In this document: positions 38,415 to 52,455 of the stretch, piece by piece
Numbering within the stretch: position 1 is the stretch's first letter
Layout of the letters: the number at the start of each line of letters is the position of its first letter
NCBI RefSeq assembly: GCF_001194135.2
Contig: NC_068987.1
Coordinates: forward strand, 55,930,560 to 55,994,559
Reading direction: 5' to 3'
From: Octopus bimaculoides
Lineage: Eukaryota
Length of the DNA stretch: 64,000 nucleotides
Position numbers and translations under genes: made by a program
The notes under the pieces: model-generated
What the model was told of the DNA's origin: nothing
Databases searched by the model: none
What the model saw: only the letters and a program-made list of their open reading frames with translations

Positions 38415-39980
38415 TATATGTTTGTATGCAATAAAATATCCAGCAAGACATAAACTTACAACTTCCACAGTAATTTCATCTTGTGTCCCGACCTCAGCCA
38501 GCAATATGCTAATCATTAAGTAGCTTAGACTTACGTTCAACCACAAATTGAGCAAGAGAATTATCATTGTGAGATGGGTCACGTTAAACCTCACTTGATG
38601 CTTGCTATCTTTATGATTAGTTGATTTGTAGAAAGCCACATTTACGTAATTTGGTTGTATGCATAGCCAAACTTTTTTCTTCCGTAGTAATTAGAACCCT
38701 GTTAAAGATAGTAACACCTTCAGGATTACGTTGCTGTACTTGATGTTTATAATCTTTAGGTATATTTTCACTGAATTTTAGCTACATGGCAGTTCAAATG
38801 TCGCTTGAAGAACTGTATAGAGGCTTCACAGTCTTGAGGGTAATTGTGAAGCAACTCCCTGTATCATTGTTGATTCCCACTACTCGTCATTTTCAGTCAA
38901 GGCTCATTTGAAACATGATTCTCTGTGTTTAGCACAAAAGAAACCATCTCCTATTTGAAAATTGGCCTTATGGTATCGTCTAGAGTAGATATATTTCTGC
39001 TAGCTGCTATCTACATGTGGTCTCTTCGCAAAGCGTCATCAAATCTAATATATATGTAGTGGTCAATAGGGACACCGTTTCTTTTTGCCGTTTTTAACCA
39101 TACCTAGTTTTTCCAGGTGTTATTTAAGATAGTTAGTAATAAAGTAGCGTTTGAGCACATACAACCACTCCGCAAATTAAAACACTTTTGTGCTCATAGT
39201 GTCACTTAACGCTTTAAATTGCTACATTATAATTTTCAAAAAAATATTAACACGTTTTGTCCGAGATCAAGCTGATCGCTGAGCTGCCGAGTGATTGGAT
39301 ATTTTTGGTGCATTTGAAAACAAAAGATTCTGTAGTAAAACTCATTCTACTAATGTGCCTGTCCATATCAGTAACAATTGATTGTTACAAAGTAAATGCA
39401 ACAGCATCAGAACTTTTCTGATAGTGGACGTACTTGCAAACATTGCGTTTGGACCTTATTGAGTTAGGAATTTATGCATTAATATGAACGTTTGATGCAT
39501 TTGAATGCAGTGGACAGTATGAAACAATCTATTTATTGTCTATTTAATGCTTTTGCTACTGTCATATTAAAAGTGGTCTTAAACCTAACAGCTTATCTTC
39601 GTCTACTTAAAGTATATACACGTTGGCTAGATTGAATCTTTTGTAGGAACTGATAGAAGTTAATCCCTAGGACATTTGTTTTATTTCATGCAAAGGTTTT
39701 TCTGGGTTTAACAACACCACAAGTGAGTTTTGTTATGATCAGATAATTCCGCTAAAATCAATAATTATATTACGATAGAATTAAATTTCTCTTTTAATCA
39801 CGCAAAACTGTAAACAATTGGAAGTGTGTTGTGGCACAAAAACCTTGGACTACCAAAGGTCCACCATATATTTAAGTTTCTGTTGAAACACTCCTAAAAT
39901 AAAGAATAGTGATCTTTGGTAATCTGCTTTATGACAATTTTATCTTTAATCTCTTTCGATCTTTCGATACAAAAGCACAG

Positions 39981-40022
39981 GTGAAAGTTATGAGAAAGGT
40001 CAGGACATCCAGAATGTCATAC
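39981..40022 (+). other. Candidate 42-nt symmetric exon
   Basis: Pyrimidine tract then gcacag| acceptor and AC|GTATGT donor; two open frames (VKVMRKVRTSRMSY or (G)ESYEKGQDIQNVI). Confidence 0.25.
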
Positions 40023-41299
40023 GTATGTCACTGCAACCTGAGTTCTTTCGTACATATATGGTAGACTCCCAGTGTAACAAGGTATTAGGTTTCATAACTA
40101 TCCATGGTCTTCTCTTCTGTCATCATTCTTAATATCATCACTCAGGTGATCCGTTCTAATGGGATCAACTTTTAACTTTAAATTGGTGCGTTCTAACGCG
40201 ATTTAGTGGAACTTGGGATGCCACCAATACAAGACGTATGACCTAATTATAGTTATACAACTAGACTCTTGATCATTAAGTCACTGTTGTGGGAGGTGCG
40301 TTGTATCCTTAGGAAAGGTATTTCACTTTGCTCCAATCCATTCAGTTAGTCAGAATAAGTATTGAAACTAACAAGACTGTTTGGTCAGTGTCAAGACAGC
40401 ATGCAGAAATGCGAGTGATACAATCAAAAACATCCAGGTATGGAAGATGGTCACGACCAGCAAGGGAAAATTCTGTGATGCATCTGTATCTTTTTACCTT
40501 TACTTAAAAAAATATACCAACGGTAGTATATTGTTGAAATAAATCTTGATTATGTATTATATCGGACATATTGTGGAGTATTATACATAAAAATCCTTGC
40601 ATGAAACGGTTTTGTTTCATGTCACATAAGAAACGTCTAGGTCATATCCACTTTGCCCATTGATCCATGTGAGATATAATGAAAGACAACATAATTCTCG
40701 GAGACAATGTCTTTCTTACTCTGTTCTTGTTCTGTATTAAGGCAAGCTCATTGCATTGTGGATTATTAAATCTTCGCCGATGTTCTCTAGCAAGACATTT
40801 GTCAGCATTAATCGCTTTCCTCAAGTTTTGTGAAAGAGTTGTTTCAACGGTAAATTTAAATCACTGTACATAGATATACATAAGTGTTTCTAGAATACAT
40901 AATTTCTTACAGTTTCAGTTAAATCAAACCTTAAACGTGATACTTCCACATCTCACTGAGTTGAACTGCAGGAAATTGTTTTTTGTTTTTATTTTTCGTT
41001 AGAAAACGGGAACAAGGAACCTTTTGTGCTTGTTATCAACATCTTAAGTGATCTATGTAGTCTGCCAACATATTGAGACAGCAGATTCTCTTGGCTTCTT
41101 TTCACTCCTTTGAAGCTTAATGCATGATGCAATGTTTGCAATTGGAATCAATTGAGAGAATTTTGATAACTTCGCATCCAAAATTAGACGCTCTTTCTTA
41201 ACTTGTATTGAAGAGAAACGTTCTGTTATTTCGCGAACATGCCTTATGATGAAGCTACTGAGACCAAGAGTCTTGCAAAGAATAGTTAATTTTAGATAT

Positions 41300-41560
41300 T
41301 CAATATTTTCAGACAGTTGGTGCTTCTGTTCTGGTCTTCCTTGTATTCTGTTTCCTTCAAGCTTTTGTTGCCTACTTTCCAGTGTTCCTTAACGTCGTCC
41401 GTTCGTATCGCGCACTCTGTTTACTTCAACGCGTTCCATCATATGATGCGTTAAGGCTTTGATGCATCTGATATGATATTTCTTGTTGCCGTTTGTTCAC
41501 ACACGCTAATCTGTTTTCTTCAAGGCTTAGCTATCTTTGTTCTGATTTATCTAGCTTGCG
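41300..41560 (-). mobile_element. Possible RTE-clade LINE 3' fragment
   Basis: HMMER..KLEGNRIQGRPEQ resembles GHIMR..EGKxxGRPR. Heavily decayed. Confidence 0.4.
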
Positions 41561-41828
41561 GCGTTCAGGCGACTTCTTGATGAAAACACTTTATCAAATT
41601 GTCATTTGACTGTCAGCTACATTAATGAGAAATCGAAATAGCGTAGAGAATATTTGAAAAAGCGAAGTAATATGATTTTCTAAATAGGCTGGACCGCTTT
41701 CAGCTTAGAAATTTGCATTTCAGAATAACTTGACACGTATGATAATTAAATGAAGCCTACAAGCAATTATACTTCTATGTTTGAGTTGGGACCCAAACAT
41801 GCAACAACCGAGCAATTCTACACAAACA

Positions 41829-41885
<57 letters not shown>

Positions 41886-41994
41886 GTATGTATGAATGCA
41901 TGTATGTACAAAGGCACACATGTACTCGCACACATACATACGACGTGCCTCATCTCTGTTTTAGCTTTGCTAAATTTCTTTCACAAGCTGACGC

Positions 41995-42130
41995 TTATCC
42001 GAGGCTCTTGTAGAAGATATTTGCCCAAGGTGCCATAAAGTGGAACTGAACCCAACACCATATACTTCCGAAATGTACTCCTTTACTATGCTNNNNNNNN
42101 NNACTTCCGAAATGTACTCCTTTACTATGC
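41995..42130 (-). mobile_element. SINE family C head fragment
   Basis: gtagaagatatttgcccaaggtgccataaagtggaactgaaccc. Confidence 0.7.
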
Positions 42131-42251
42131 TGGCTCTTTACACACGCACGCACGCACGCACACACACACACACACGCACGCACGCACGCACGCACACGCG
42201 CGCGCGCACATACATATAGACACATATATATATAAGACACATATACATGCG

Positions 42252-42294
<43 letters not shown>

Positions 42295-42570
42295 GTATAG
42301 GAATATATGTATGCATGTATATATTATGTATGTGTTATTCATGTATTATGTATGTAGCGTAAACAGGATTCAAGGGAACGAGCGGTGCCCTGCGTTGACA
42401 AGAGTTGTATTCATTGGAAAATGCAATAACAATAATAAAGTACGGGAAATAAATAATAAAGAGATCAAAACATGGAAGTGCATGCGTAGACAGGAGGGAG
42501 TGAGAGAGAGAGAGAGAGAGAGAGATAGAAAGAGAGAGATAGAGAGAGAGAGAGACAGAGAGACAGAGAC

Positions 42571-42623
<53 letters not shown>

Positions 42624-42689
42624 AACGCCTTCGCTTTGCTAAGCTTGCATTAACTTTTAATTACTTCTTCTCAAGTGATTTTACAAACA

Positions 42690-43300
42690 CATGAGCGGAG
42701 CCGCTATGCTCGCTTTATCGGTTAAATTTATGTCCAGTTCACGGGATGCACCACAGTGCTATAAGATTCTTACATTGATGATTATTTCAGTGCTGCCACT
42801 CATCAGTTCGAAAGATTCATTTCTTTCCTTGACTCTTTTTACAGAGCATTAGGAGTTCATTTCTACGTATTGGACCGTACCATTAGCTTTCTTGACCTCT
42901 CCATCACTGTTAATAATATCCACTTGTCCACCTCTGTCCACTACAGGCTCATTGACTTCTAACTTTACTATTCTTCTCTATGCACGCAAAATCTACTAAA
43001 CTTTTCTTTAAATTCTTCTGCAGCAGCAATTTGGATTTCGAAACACAATGCAAAAGAAGGTAACATTTCTTCTTCGATCGGTTGTGGACGCTGAACCTCA
43101 CCATGCTCAGACCATGGACCACACCACTGCTCTTCTACTTAGTCTCTGCAAATCTAAAGAACAGATCCCACTTTCGTCATTTTCCACCCTTCTAGCTTTC
43201 TGTTTTCCAAATGAAACTTATATTAGGGACATACACATCCTAATAGAAGACAAAGAGCGGTCAATAATATTGGTGTTACTAGCAAAGACGGAAAATAGTA
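42690..43300 (+). mobile_element. Penelope-like RT fragment, second lineage (Poseidon-like)
   Basis: YIDD at 42771-82 then FERFISFLDSF..ISFLDLSITV..LSTSVHYR..CSSNLDFETQC..HAQTMDHTTAL..EQIP; stops and frameshifts present. Confidence 0.75.
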
Positions 43301-43779
43301 AACTGAGGATCTAATGGAGGACAGAGACATCTGACACAGCATTGTAAGATGCATCTCTATTGCAACTGCAAGAAGAAGAAGAAGAAGAAGAAGAAGAAGA
43401 AGAAGAAGATGCTCCATAAACTGACAGCTGCCAGCCCCTTTATCATCTCACATCCTCTTTGTTAATGAGATGACAAAACAGATGCATTCAAATAATTCTT
43501 CTTTGTTCGTAAAGTTCATTGACAAGTACAGTATGTTGAAAATGATCTTAATTTTATTAAATATTGCGATTTGTCGGCTTTCATATCAAACCTCACAGGT
43601 ACCACCGCAGGAAACACTGCAAAATATATATACATATAAATACACACACATACACACATACACATTATATATAAAGACGGTCCTTTGTATGTGTATGTGT
43701 ATACACACATATGCATATACTCATAAATACATATATATGCACACATATATATATATGTATATACATGTATAAATACATA

Positions 43780-44345
43780 AAGGTTATACTTGAGGCGAGG
43801 AAGACCATAATTCATTACCAAGGAAAATTTTAGACTAGAAAGAACACACCAGATTGCTTTGATATACCAATGGGTGTGCAAGATTCAGCCGAAGTCAAAG
43901 ACTTAGTCGGAATTTATTTACTCCACCTACTCCATAAAAAACTCCCAGAATTTGAAGGTGGTCTCTATAGGGATGATGCTCTGTTTGTAGTCCGAAATGG
44001 CTCCAACCGTAAAATCGAAATATCAGAAGAAATTGCATAAATTTTTCAAAAGCCATGGACTTACCATCACCATTGAGCAGGATCACACTTCTGTGAACTT
44101 CTTGGATGCAAATTTTAACCTCACTACTTCAGCTTACTAGCCATACCATAAACCTAATAGCAATATTACTCATATATATGCGCAGTGCAGTCATCCTTCT
44201 AAAATTTTTGGTAACATACCTTATAACATTGAAAATAGAATTAACTCATCCTCAAATGAAGAAATTTTTAATAAGCATAAAGACTGTTACAATGTGGCTC
44301 TTAGAAATGCTGGTTATAAATATCAAATTAAGTACAACAAATTTA
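43780..44345 (+). mobile_element. Penelope-like RT fragment (Neptune-like)
   Basis: ILEARKTI..FDIPMGVQDSAEVKDLVGIYLL..GLYRDDAL (YRDD 43966-77)..VNFLDANFNL..PYHKPN..SHPSKI..YNVALRNAGY; runs toward the N-gap. Confidence 0.9.
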
Positions 44346-44968
44346 ACATTCTTATTTCAATTTACTTTATTTTATTAAACCAATTTNNNNNNNNNNNNNN
44401 NNNNNNNNNNNNNNNNNNNNNNNNNNNNNNNNNNNNNNNNNNNNNNNNNNNNNNNNNNNNNNNNNNNNNNNNNNNNNNNNNNNNNNNNNNNNNNNNNNNN
44501 NNNNNNNNNNNNNNNNNNNNNNNNNNNNNNNNNNNNNNNNNNNNNNNNNNNNNNNNNNNNNNNNNNNNNNNNNNNNNNNNNNNNNNNNNNNNNNNNNNNN
44601 NNNNNNNNNNNNNNNNNNNNNNNNNNNNNNNNNNNNNNNNNNNNNNNNNNNNNNNNNNNNNNNNNNNNNNNNNNNNNTATATGCGTCATACTAATATATA
44701 CTTTTGTTATTTACACCACCTGTCCTCGTCTGTTGTTATTATTTGTATATTCTCCCATATATATATATGTGTGTGTTTTTATATATGTATGTATTTATAT
44801 ATTATATATGTATGTATTTATATATGTGTATATATATACACATATATAAATACATACATATATAAAAACACACACATATATACGTTTATATATATATATG
44901 CTTTGTGTACATTCATGTGTCTAAATACGTGTGTGCGTGCGTGTGTGTGTGTGTGTGTATGTGTGTGT

Positions 44969-45037
<69 letters not shown>

Positions 45038-45639
45038 GTATATGTAGCCCATCTCCATCATTCAGACATTTCAAGGCAAAAACTCACAACTCACCAGTTC
45101 AACAACATTTTTCTACAGAACTCTCGAGAACATATACTTAATTATTAAATCATTATTTGCCGTTGTCCTTCTGGCAGCTTGCCACTTTTCATATCTAACT
45201 AAATTCCTTAAAATATTCACTGCTCAAGAATAGCTGCCAGCTCCTCTAAAACATAAAACTGTATTTGACAGTTCGTTCTAAACATAGCACGTGTTATTTC
45301 TCTCGGGGCCACAAGAATATTTACATATTTATCACTAGTACATTCTTCCCGAATGTAGACATTTTTTAATACCTTTTTATGCACATTGTAGCGTGTCTCA
45401 CCTCGGCGATGAAGTTTCAATTTTCATTTGTTTTATTTTCTTTGTATTTAAAATTATATATGACTGTTCTTTCTAAACTTAGCACGTTTTATATCCTTTG
45501 CGACTATAAGAATATTTGTATATTCAATGCTTGTAACCTCTGAAAGGCAGTTGTCATTTCCAGCAGCGTTTTTTTCATTATTTTGCTTTTTTTTTCATGA
45601 TAAGCGATATTTAGAATTGAAATAACGAAGTGATCACCT

Positions 45640-45760
45640 TCCGGTCTTCTCAACCTAGGTTCAGTCCCACTACATGGTAAGTGTTATCTTCTATAGCCTC
45701 GAGCCGACCAAACCTTTGTCAGTCAATTCGGTAGATGGAAACTAAGAGAAGTCTGTCGTA
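45640..45760 (+). mobile_element. SINE family C head
   Basis: ggttcagtcccact..ttctatagcctcgagccgaccaaacctttg..ggtagatggaaact. Confidence 0.7.
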
Positions 45761-46429
45761 TGTATATGTGTGTGTGTGTGTGTGTNNNNNNNNNNNNNNN
45801 NNNNNNNNNNNNNNNNNNNNNNNNNNNNNNNNNNNNNNNNNNNNNNNNNNNNNNNNNNNNNNNNNNNNNNNNNNNNNNNNNNNNNNNNNNNNNNNNNNNN
45901 NNNNNNNNNNNNNNNNNNNNNNNNNNNNNNNNNNNNNNNNNNNNNNNNNNNNNNNNNNNNNNNNNNNNNNNNNNNNNNNNNNNNNNNNNNNNNNNNNNNN
46001 NNNNNNNNNNNNNNNNNNNNNNNNNNNNNNNNNNNNNNNNNNNNNNNNNNNNNNNNNNNNNNNNNNNNNNNNNNNNNNNNNNNNNNNNNNNNNNNNNNNN
46101 NNNNNNNNNNNNNNNNNNNNNNNNNNNNNNNNNNNNNNNNNNNNNNNNNNNNNNNNNNNNNNNNNNNNNNNNNNNNNNNNNNNNNNNNNNNNNNNNNNNN
46201 NNNTATATAAGCGTGGGATGGCTATTGCTATTGATTTTGCATCATCAGTATATCACGGATCTTATCATCCCCAAATAACTATTAAATAACAAATGTAGAA
46301 AATTTTAATACATACTGGAGACAAGAGTTAAGTACATTCTTGTATCAGTATAACGAATACAATACTCACACACACATATGTGTATCTATCTATCTATCTA
46401 TATATATATATATATATAAGCATAAATTC

Positions 46430-46500
46430 TTTTATTCTTTTACTTGTTTCTGTCATTTGACTGCAGCTATGCTGGAGGAACGTCTTAAAGGAGTTTTAGT
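46430..46500 (-). mobile_element. SINE family C tail fragment
   Basis: ttcttttacttgtttctgtcatttgactgcagctatgctggag. Confidence 0.7.
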
Positions 46501-46899
46501 CAAATACACAAACACACACACACACATACACATATATTTATACAACAGTTACGGAATGTACCTTCTTGCAGCAATGTAAACTTGCATTTAATCAAGATAT
46601 TCTTGGCCCGAGGTGTAGCCTGCGGTATACACCACGCCTGGATATTTACCACTTCTGAAGTTCCGCTCGCTATGAGATATATGTAGTCCGGATCTTATCT
46701 ACTCCGTTCCATAACTGCTGTATTCTTATTCGCACACCCGGAAATCCTGGTCGCATACCGTGAGATATAAGAAGAACTGTTTTCAGTTTATCGTACTTCG
46801 ATACGAAAGAAATCCACAATCTTTCACCTTAATAAACCACTATTTCCCTGAAAGTTGTTTCCTTTAGAATTACCACGAGCTGCTTGAAGCTAACTTTCG

Positions 46900-47058
46900 T
46901 CCTACACCTCGATCCCTGGATCTTACATTCGAATATATGTCCTGGGGCCATAGTAGCAAACACTTTCTCAAGGTTCCCATGCAGTCGGATTGAACCTGGA
47001 ACCGTGTGGTTGGGAAACGGATCGCTTAACATGTTTCCACACGAAAACGCCTGCGCCT
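46900..47058 (-). mobile_element. SINE family C head
   Basis: The minus strand reads ggcgcagg..ccaaccacacggttccaggttcaatcc..ccttgagaaagtgtttgctactatggcccc. Confidence 0.7.
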
Positions 47059-47069
47059 ATAAATATATA

Positions 47070-47986
47070 TCTACTACATATGTGGGAAATTCTGTCTGTG
47101 GGTGTGTTTTTAGAGTTGTTAGCTAACTCCTCCTACATCGTTTTATCGATTTTGATGAAACTTGGCAGGTGAGTAGAACTCATGTTCGCGAACCTAATGG
47201 CATACTCAGATTGTTGAAAAAAATCGATAATAAGGCCCGTGGAAGGGATCTTTATATACATCTAATATATTTTCTGTTAACAGCCAAGAGCAATAACCCA
47301 TTCGCCCCTGTAAGGGATCCTTATATATAGCTAAGGGAAATAACCCATTCATTTTCTGAAATTATTCGGTATAAATAAAATTGAGTATGCTTATTTCTTA
47401 GTATTTGAACTGTTAGAGTTATTTTCGAAATTTGTCTAGTACAACCCTCAAACAAGTAAATAGTATTTTCCTAAACAATAGATCCACTTATTTCTGTTAG
47501 TTACTTATTCATGAATATGCCAACACTAGCGCCCCTGAGGGTAATATTCTCTGGAAACGCACAAAAGCCCTTTTCAGAGTTATTTACTTTGAATTATTAT
47601 TATCTCATATCTGATTAATCTGTTATTATGTTACATGCTTCGGGATTTTAGTATACATACATTATTAGTATTTCCTCCTAAGTTCTATATACTCTGGAAA
47701 CGGATTAAAGCCCTTTTAGCGGCTACTTTATTTGAATTCTTACTATCGGGTAACTAATTTCATGTTATTACACAACTAACTTCATAATTTGGGTATTCAT
47801 AACTTATTGGGAATTCCTCAAAACAAGATCCTGAGTAAGACAATTTGGTATTCTCTGTAAATGCACAAAAACCGTTTTAAGTGCTACATACTTTGTATTG
47901 TTGTTTTTGGATTAGCAAAACAATTATGAGAACGGAACCAAGGGATAAGCTCCGCTTTCCCGAGAAGTACCGGGTACGTCAGCTTG
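47070..47986 (+). mobile_element. Probable non-autonomous Helitron/HINE-like element
   Basis: A|TCTACTA at the 5' end; cgattttgatgaaacttggc motif; internal imperfect repeats of about 150 bp; 3' hairpin cccg..cggg then CTTG|T (CTAG-like), i.e. inserted between A and T. Confidence 0.55.
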
Positions 47987-48076
47987 TATATATANNNNNN
48001 NNNNNNNNNNNNNNNNNNNNNNNNNNNNNNNNNNNNNNNNNNNNNNNNNNNNNNNNNNNNNNNNNNNNNNNNNNNN

Positions 48077-48113
<37 letters not shown>

Positions 48114-50069
48114 ATATAGACACTTGCCTCAGATATAGTGCAGTACAAATGATCCTAAAACAACACATTATGAAGTGATTTTCTTCACCACACAGCTATA
48201 CTTTCCCCCCTTCTCCCTTCTCTGTCACAGACCAGTCAGCCTATAGTCGCTATTTTCCGAAAGAAATCCTCAGAAGTTATAACTTTTCACTGTTTCTCTC
48301 ACTTTTGCCGGGTGTAAGCTGGTAATTGAAACCTGGTTGCCATCGTCACTCATCACAAGACATTATCTCGCTCTACAGTCCGACATTCCATTAGGGAATT
48401 TGATATGACTCCACCTCTCGAATTACTAGCATTAGACGGGCAATATATTATCATCCCCATTGAAAAAAAACATGTTTATGAATAAATGTTTTAAGAACTG
48501 TTGAAAAGAAAAAAAGTCCTTAAAAAATTAACCCTAAGACATCCATCTGTTGTGTCATAAAAGCAATCATCTATTACAGTTTGCTATATAAATGTACATA
48601 GCAAGCTACATAGACAAATCTCATAACTAACATTACACATCTTGGTAAGTCATAACATCAAATCTTTTCAGTTAGCATACGCTATCTCACAAACATAACA
48701 CAGTTGGTAATCGATATTAAAGTTATTTCCACTCAGCAAGAAATCAATAAGTTTACATTTCGATCTTTATGTCAGTGTTAACTGGAGTTTTATTGAAATA
48801 CATCCTGCCTTTTTATCTGAACATTAATTTAGGCTTTTGTGCACTATAGTGTTTGTTTTCTTGTTCGTTATATGTTCGCTATATGTGTCAACGGACTGCT
48901 GAATTACAGTCACTGTGTCCACAATTAGATGACAAAAACAGCGAACATCTTGTTTTCCTCTTTTTCATTATATTTCGCAGTCGTGTTTTTTCCCCTTTAT
49001 TTTGTTTACGATTTCATTTTGTATGTTATTTTTCAGCTATATATATACGTGTGTATATGCATCTGTGTGTTTGTGTGAGTGTGCGTGTTTTATAAATATA
49101 TTGTTTTAATGTCTTAATGGCAGTAAGTTGCGAGTACAAAAACCAATATAATTGAAGTGGTTCGTAGAGAAATATACAGAGAATGGGTTAGAGGTGAGCG
49201 ATATGAAGGGTGTTAGATGCTTTAGAAAACTGACAGAATTAAACAAAATAATTATGGAATCGGGGAAAAGGCTGAACAATAGATTCAAAAGAATCAAAAC
49301 GTGGAAAAAAATTGTAGACATTGAGAAGGCTTTTAGAAAATAGAGAGTGCAAGGTGGCTGGTCAATGACAGTCAATGAGAGAAAGAGTAGTGAAGATTGG
49401 AGCTAGGAATAGTTATGGTCTGTCTTTGCATGTGTGTGTACGTGTATTGTAAATGTATGGCGTGTCGTCTTTTTTTTTGCTTATTTTTTTCTTTGGGACA
49501 TTGTTAAGTAAAAGTGAGCGTACAGGCATTTTTGGAGAATATAAGAAGAAGCGAAGAGGGGAAATATGTTAGATGCGTGAAGTATAAGTCGGAACGATCC
49601 CTAAATACTGAAGCTCTTGTTATTGCCGACTTTCACGTCCCCTGATGAGATGAAATTATCAAATAGAACGATCTCGCTTTATACACATTAACGTTATATG
49701 TGTATCTGCTTATCTTTTGTACATTCGTATACATAAATATAAGCCAGAGTGTGTGTGTGTATGTGCACGTGTGTGTGTGCGTGTGTAGTTACACACATAT
49801 ATATATATATACATATCTATATAGAGATAGATAATTGATAGATACATATATATAACATATACATATATAGGTACATGTATAGATACATAAAGTATATACG
49901 ATTATAAATAATATATAAATACATGCATATTATGTATATACAGCGAGAGAGAGAGGATAGACAGAGAAAGAGAGGATAGACAGAGAGAGAGAAGATAGAC
50001 AGAGAAAGAGAGGAGAGACAGTCAGACAGACAGACAGACTGGTGGGCAGGCTCGGTAGCTGGGTGTGTA

Positions 50070-51306
50070 CATAGACATGACAGAAGTAAATAGACACTCC
50101 TATAATTGTTCAAATTTATTTAAATCTGAAATTATACATTTAAGTTATCTATTAAATATTATAATGTGAATATCTAATATTTAGTAGACGTGCCTTTGCA
50201 TTCTTCAATGCAAAGGCCCTATTAGACATGCTACTGATCAGATGACGAATATTCTCTCGAAGAATTTCTGGTCAAGTTTCATGCAGTAATCTCAAAAGAT
50301 CTGGCTTTGAGGATGCTTTCTTGTTCTTTTTATAAAGTGTCCTGTCCGTTAGGCCTCAGAAGTGCTTAACAGGGTTCATATTTGGTGAATGGCTTGGCCA
50401 TGGAGGTTTTTTAATGCCATTGTCTTTCAACCAATCTTGGGTCTTTTTAGCCGTGTGACAAAGAGCTCCATCTTCCATAAATAGTCTTCTTTAATCATTT
50501 CACCACTGGAGAAGGCTGGAAGGAGTCATTTCTGTGATATGGGCACATATTTATCTGAGTTTATGTTCCTTCACACTCCACCACCTCTGATTGACCATAG
50601 CTCCAAATTGCTCCCTAGATCATCACAGAACAGCTGCTGTGTTTCATTGTTGGCTCCAATCTTTTCTCGTCAAATTCTTGATCACAAAGCCTCCAGACCC
50701 ACACTGTCAGAAAATGCAGCAAATCTGGACTCATCAGAGAATACGATAGTGTCCCAAAATGTTAGTGGCCTCTCCACCATCTCACTGGCCCAATCTTTTC
50801 TCCGCTTGATATTAGCTAGTCTAAGAAGTGGTTTTTTTTTTTGCTGATCTGCCATAGTAGCCAAGTTTGTGGAGATGCCTGACAGCTGTTGTGGGATTGA
50901 CATCAACTTGTCCTACTATGTCTGAGGCCTTGCAATGAGGATTATCCTCCACTCTTCTTTTAACAAAGTGCAGGGTCCTGTCAGAACCTGGTCGACCATG
51001 GGTGAGGTAATGTGAACTCCTCCCCTCTCTGGCGAATTGCACAATCACTCTATTAACTGTAGAACGTGGGATCCCAAGGTTTTCTGCGATTTTATACTAA
51101 GTCCACTTTCAGACTGACCCACAATATAACCTCTCTAAGATTCAGACAGTTCCAAGGCGTCTTTTGTACGTGGCATGATAAAACAAGTCACATATAGAAC
51201 CTGAAACATAAAAAGGTCAATTAATAAAAAATATAAACCTTTTAAAGTTAAAATAAACATAAAACAATGTTTTGTGGCATGTCTATTTACTTTTATCGTG
51301 TCCGTG
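50070..51306 (-). mobile_element. Tc1 (DD34E) element, 1237 bp, decayed
   Basis: TIRs catagacatgacagaagtaaatagaca / tgtctatttacttttatcgtgtccgtg with TA flanks. ATG at 51176; KKPLLR..IVFSDESRF..EDGALCHTA..WPSHSPNMNPVKH. Confidence 0.9.
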
Positions 51307-51521
51307 TATGTAGGCAGTAGATATATATGTATGTTTGTACGTATGTATGTATGTATGTATGTATGTATGTATGTAGGTAGGTAGGTAGGTAGGTAGGTAA
51401 GGAACTAAAGAAGTTGGAACTACTGATCTTCCTGCGTTATGTTAATAATGTGTACGTAGTTACAATTCAAGGCCTGTGTTTATTCAGTTACATTATGAAA
51501 GGATTTGGTTGAATAAAGAAC

Positions 51522-51558
<37 letters not shown>

Positions 51559-51749
51559 TTAGCTACCGATCTATGTCTGTCTCTATCTAACGAACAGCAT
51601 TTATGACAAGAAGCTATTAGTAACACTGACGAAAGATCTGTAACTCTTATTTATTCACATAATATTACGGTACACATTTGTATCCAGGGCTATATACTTT
51701 TGAATTGTTCATCAAATATATATATATATATCCATCTCCACTTTGACAG

Positions 51750-51935
51750 ATCATTTTGAAGTTGAATGACGGGGGTAAGAAGATAAACGACAAGAAAGAA
51801 GATGGAGGCTGCAACAGTCAAAGCCTCCACTACGGATTCCTTATGAACTTTGCAATAGACGCTTCCATGCAAGAATCGGCTTCATTAGTCATCAGAGGCA
51901 TAAACACGGAAGAAGCGGTCAAAAAGAAGCCACAT
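51750..51935 (+). mobile_element. RTE-clade LINE 3' end
   Basis: EDKRQERR..PYELCNRRFHARIGFISHQRHKH resembles the RTE C-terminal CxxCxRxFxARIGLxSH motif. Confidence 0.6.
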
Positions 51936-51984
51936 AAATTATTGGACAGACGATAAAACGCCTGCGCCGACGAAGAAGTTATGT

Positions 51985-52214
51985 GTTATTTCTTTACTAC
52001 CCACAAGGGGCTACACACATTGGTGACAAACAAAGACAGACAAGCGGATTAAGTCGATTATATCGACCCCAGTGCGTAACTGGTACTTATTTAATCGACC
52101 CCGAAAGGATGAAAGGCAAAGTCGTCCTCGGCGGAATTTGAACTCAGAACGTAGCGGCAGACGAAATACCGCTAAGCATTTCGCCCGGCACGCTAACGTT
52201 TCTGCCAGCTCGCC
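51985..52214 (-). mobile_element. SINE family A, well-preserved full copy (tRNA-like head, Deu/Nin-like core)
   Basis: The minus strand reads ggcgagctggcagaaacgttagcgtgccgggcgaaatgcttagcgg..gttctgagttcaaattccgccgaggacgactttgcctttcatcctttcggggtcgattaaataagtaccag. The core-domain name is from recall. Confidence 0.9.
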
Positions 52215-52255
52215 GAAGANNNNNNNNNNNNNNNNNNNNNNNNNNNNNNNNNNNN

Positions 52256-52289
<34 letters not shown>

Positions 52290-52341
52290 CGTGTGTCTGT
52301 GTCTGTGTCTGTGTGTGTGTGTGTGTGTGTCTGTGTCTGTC

Positions 52342-52378
<37 letters not shown>

Positions 52379-52455
52379 ATGTGTGTGTATAAACACAGAA
52401 GAATGGAGAATTATACATTTTTAATCAGCTTGCTAACGTTTCGGATAGCTGTGTA

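Noticed and set aside
42063-42131. 29-bp direct repeat acttccgaaatgtactcctttactatgct
   Set aside because: The copies sit on either side of a 10-N gap; a contig-overlap artefact is likely.
42775-42815. Minus-strand CTGATGA-GTG-gcag-CAC-T-GAAA-taatca-TC hammerhead-like string
   Set aside because: There is no stem I pairing, and it is antisense to the YIDD region of a PLE RT; likely chance.
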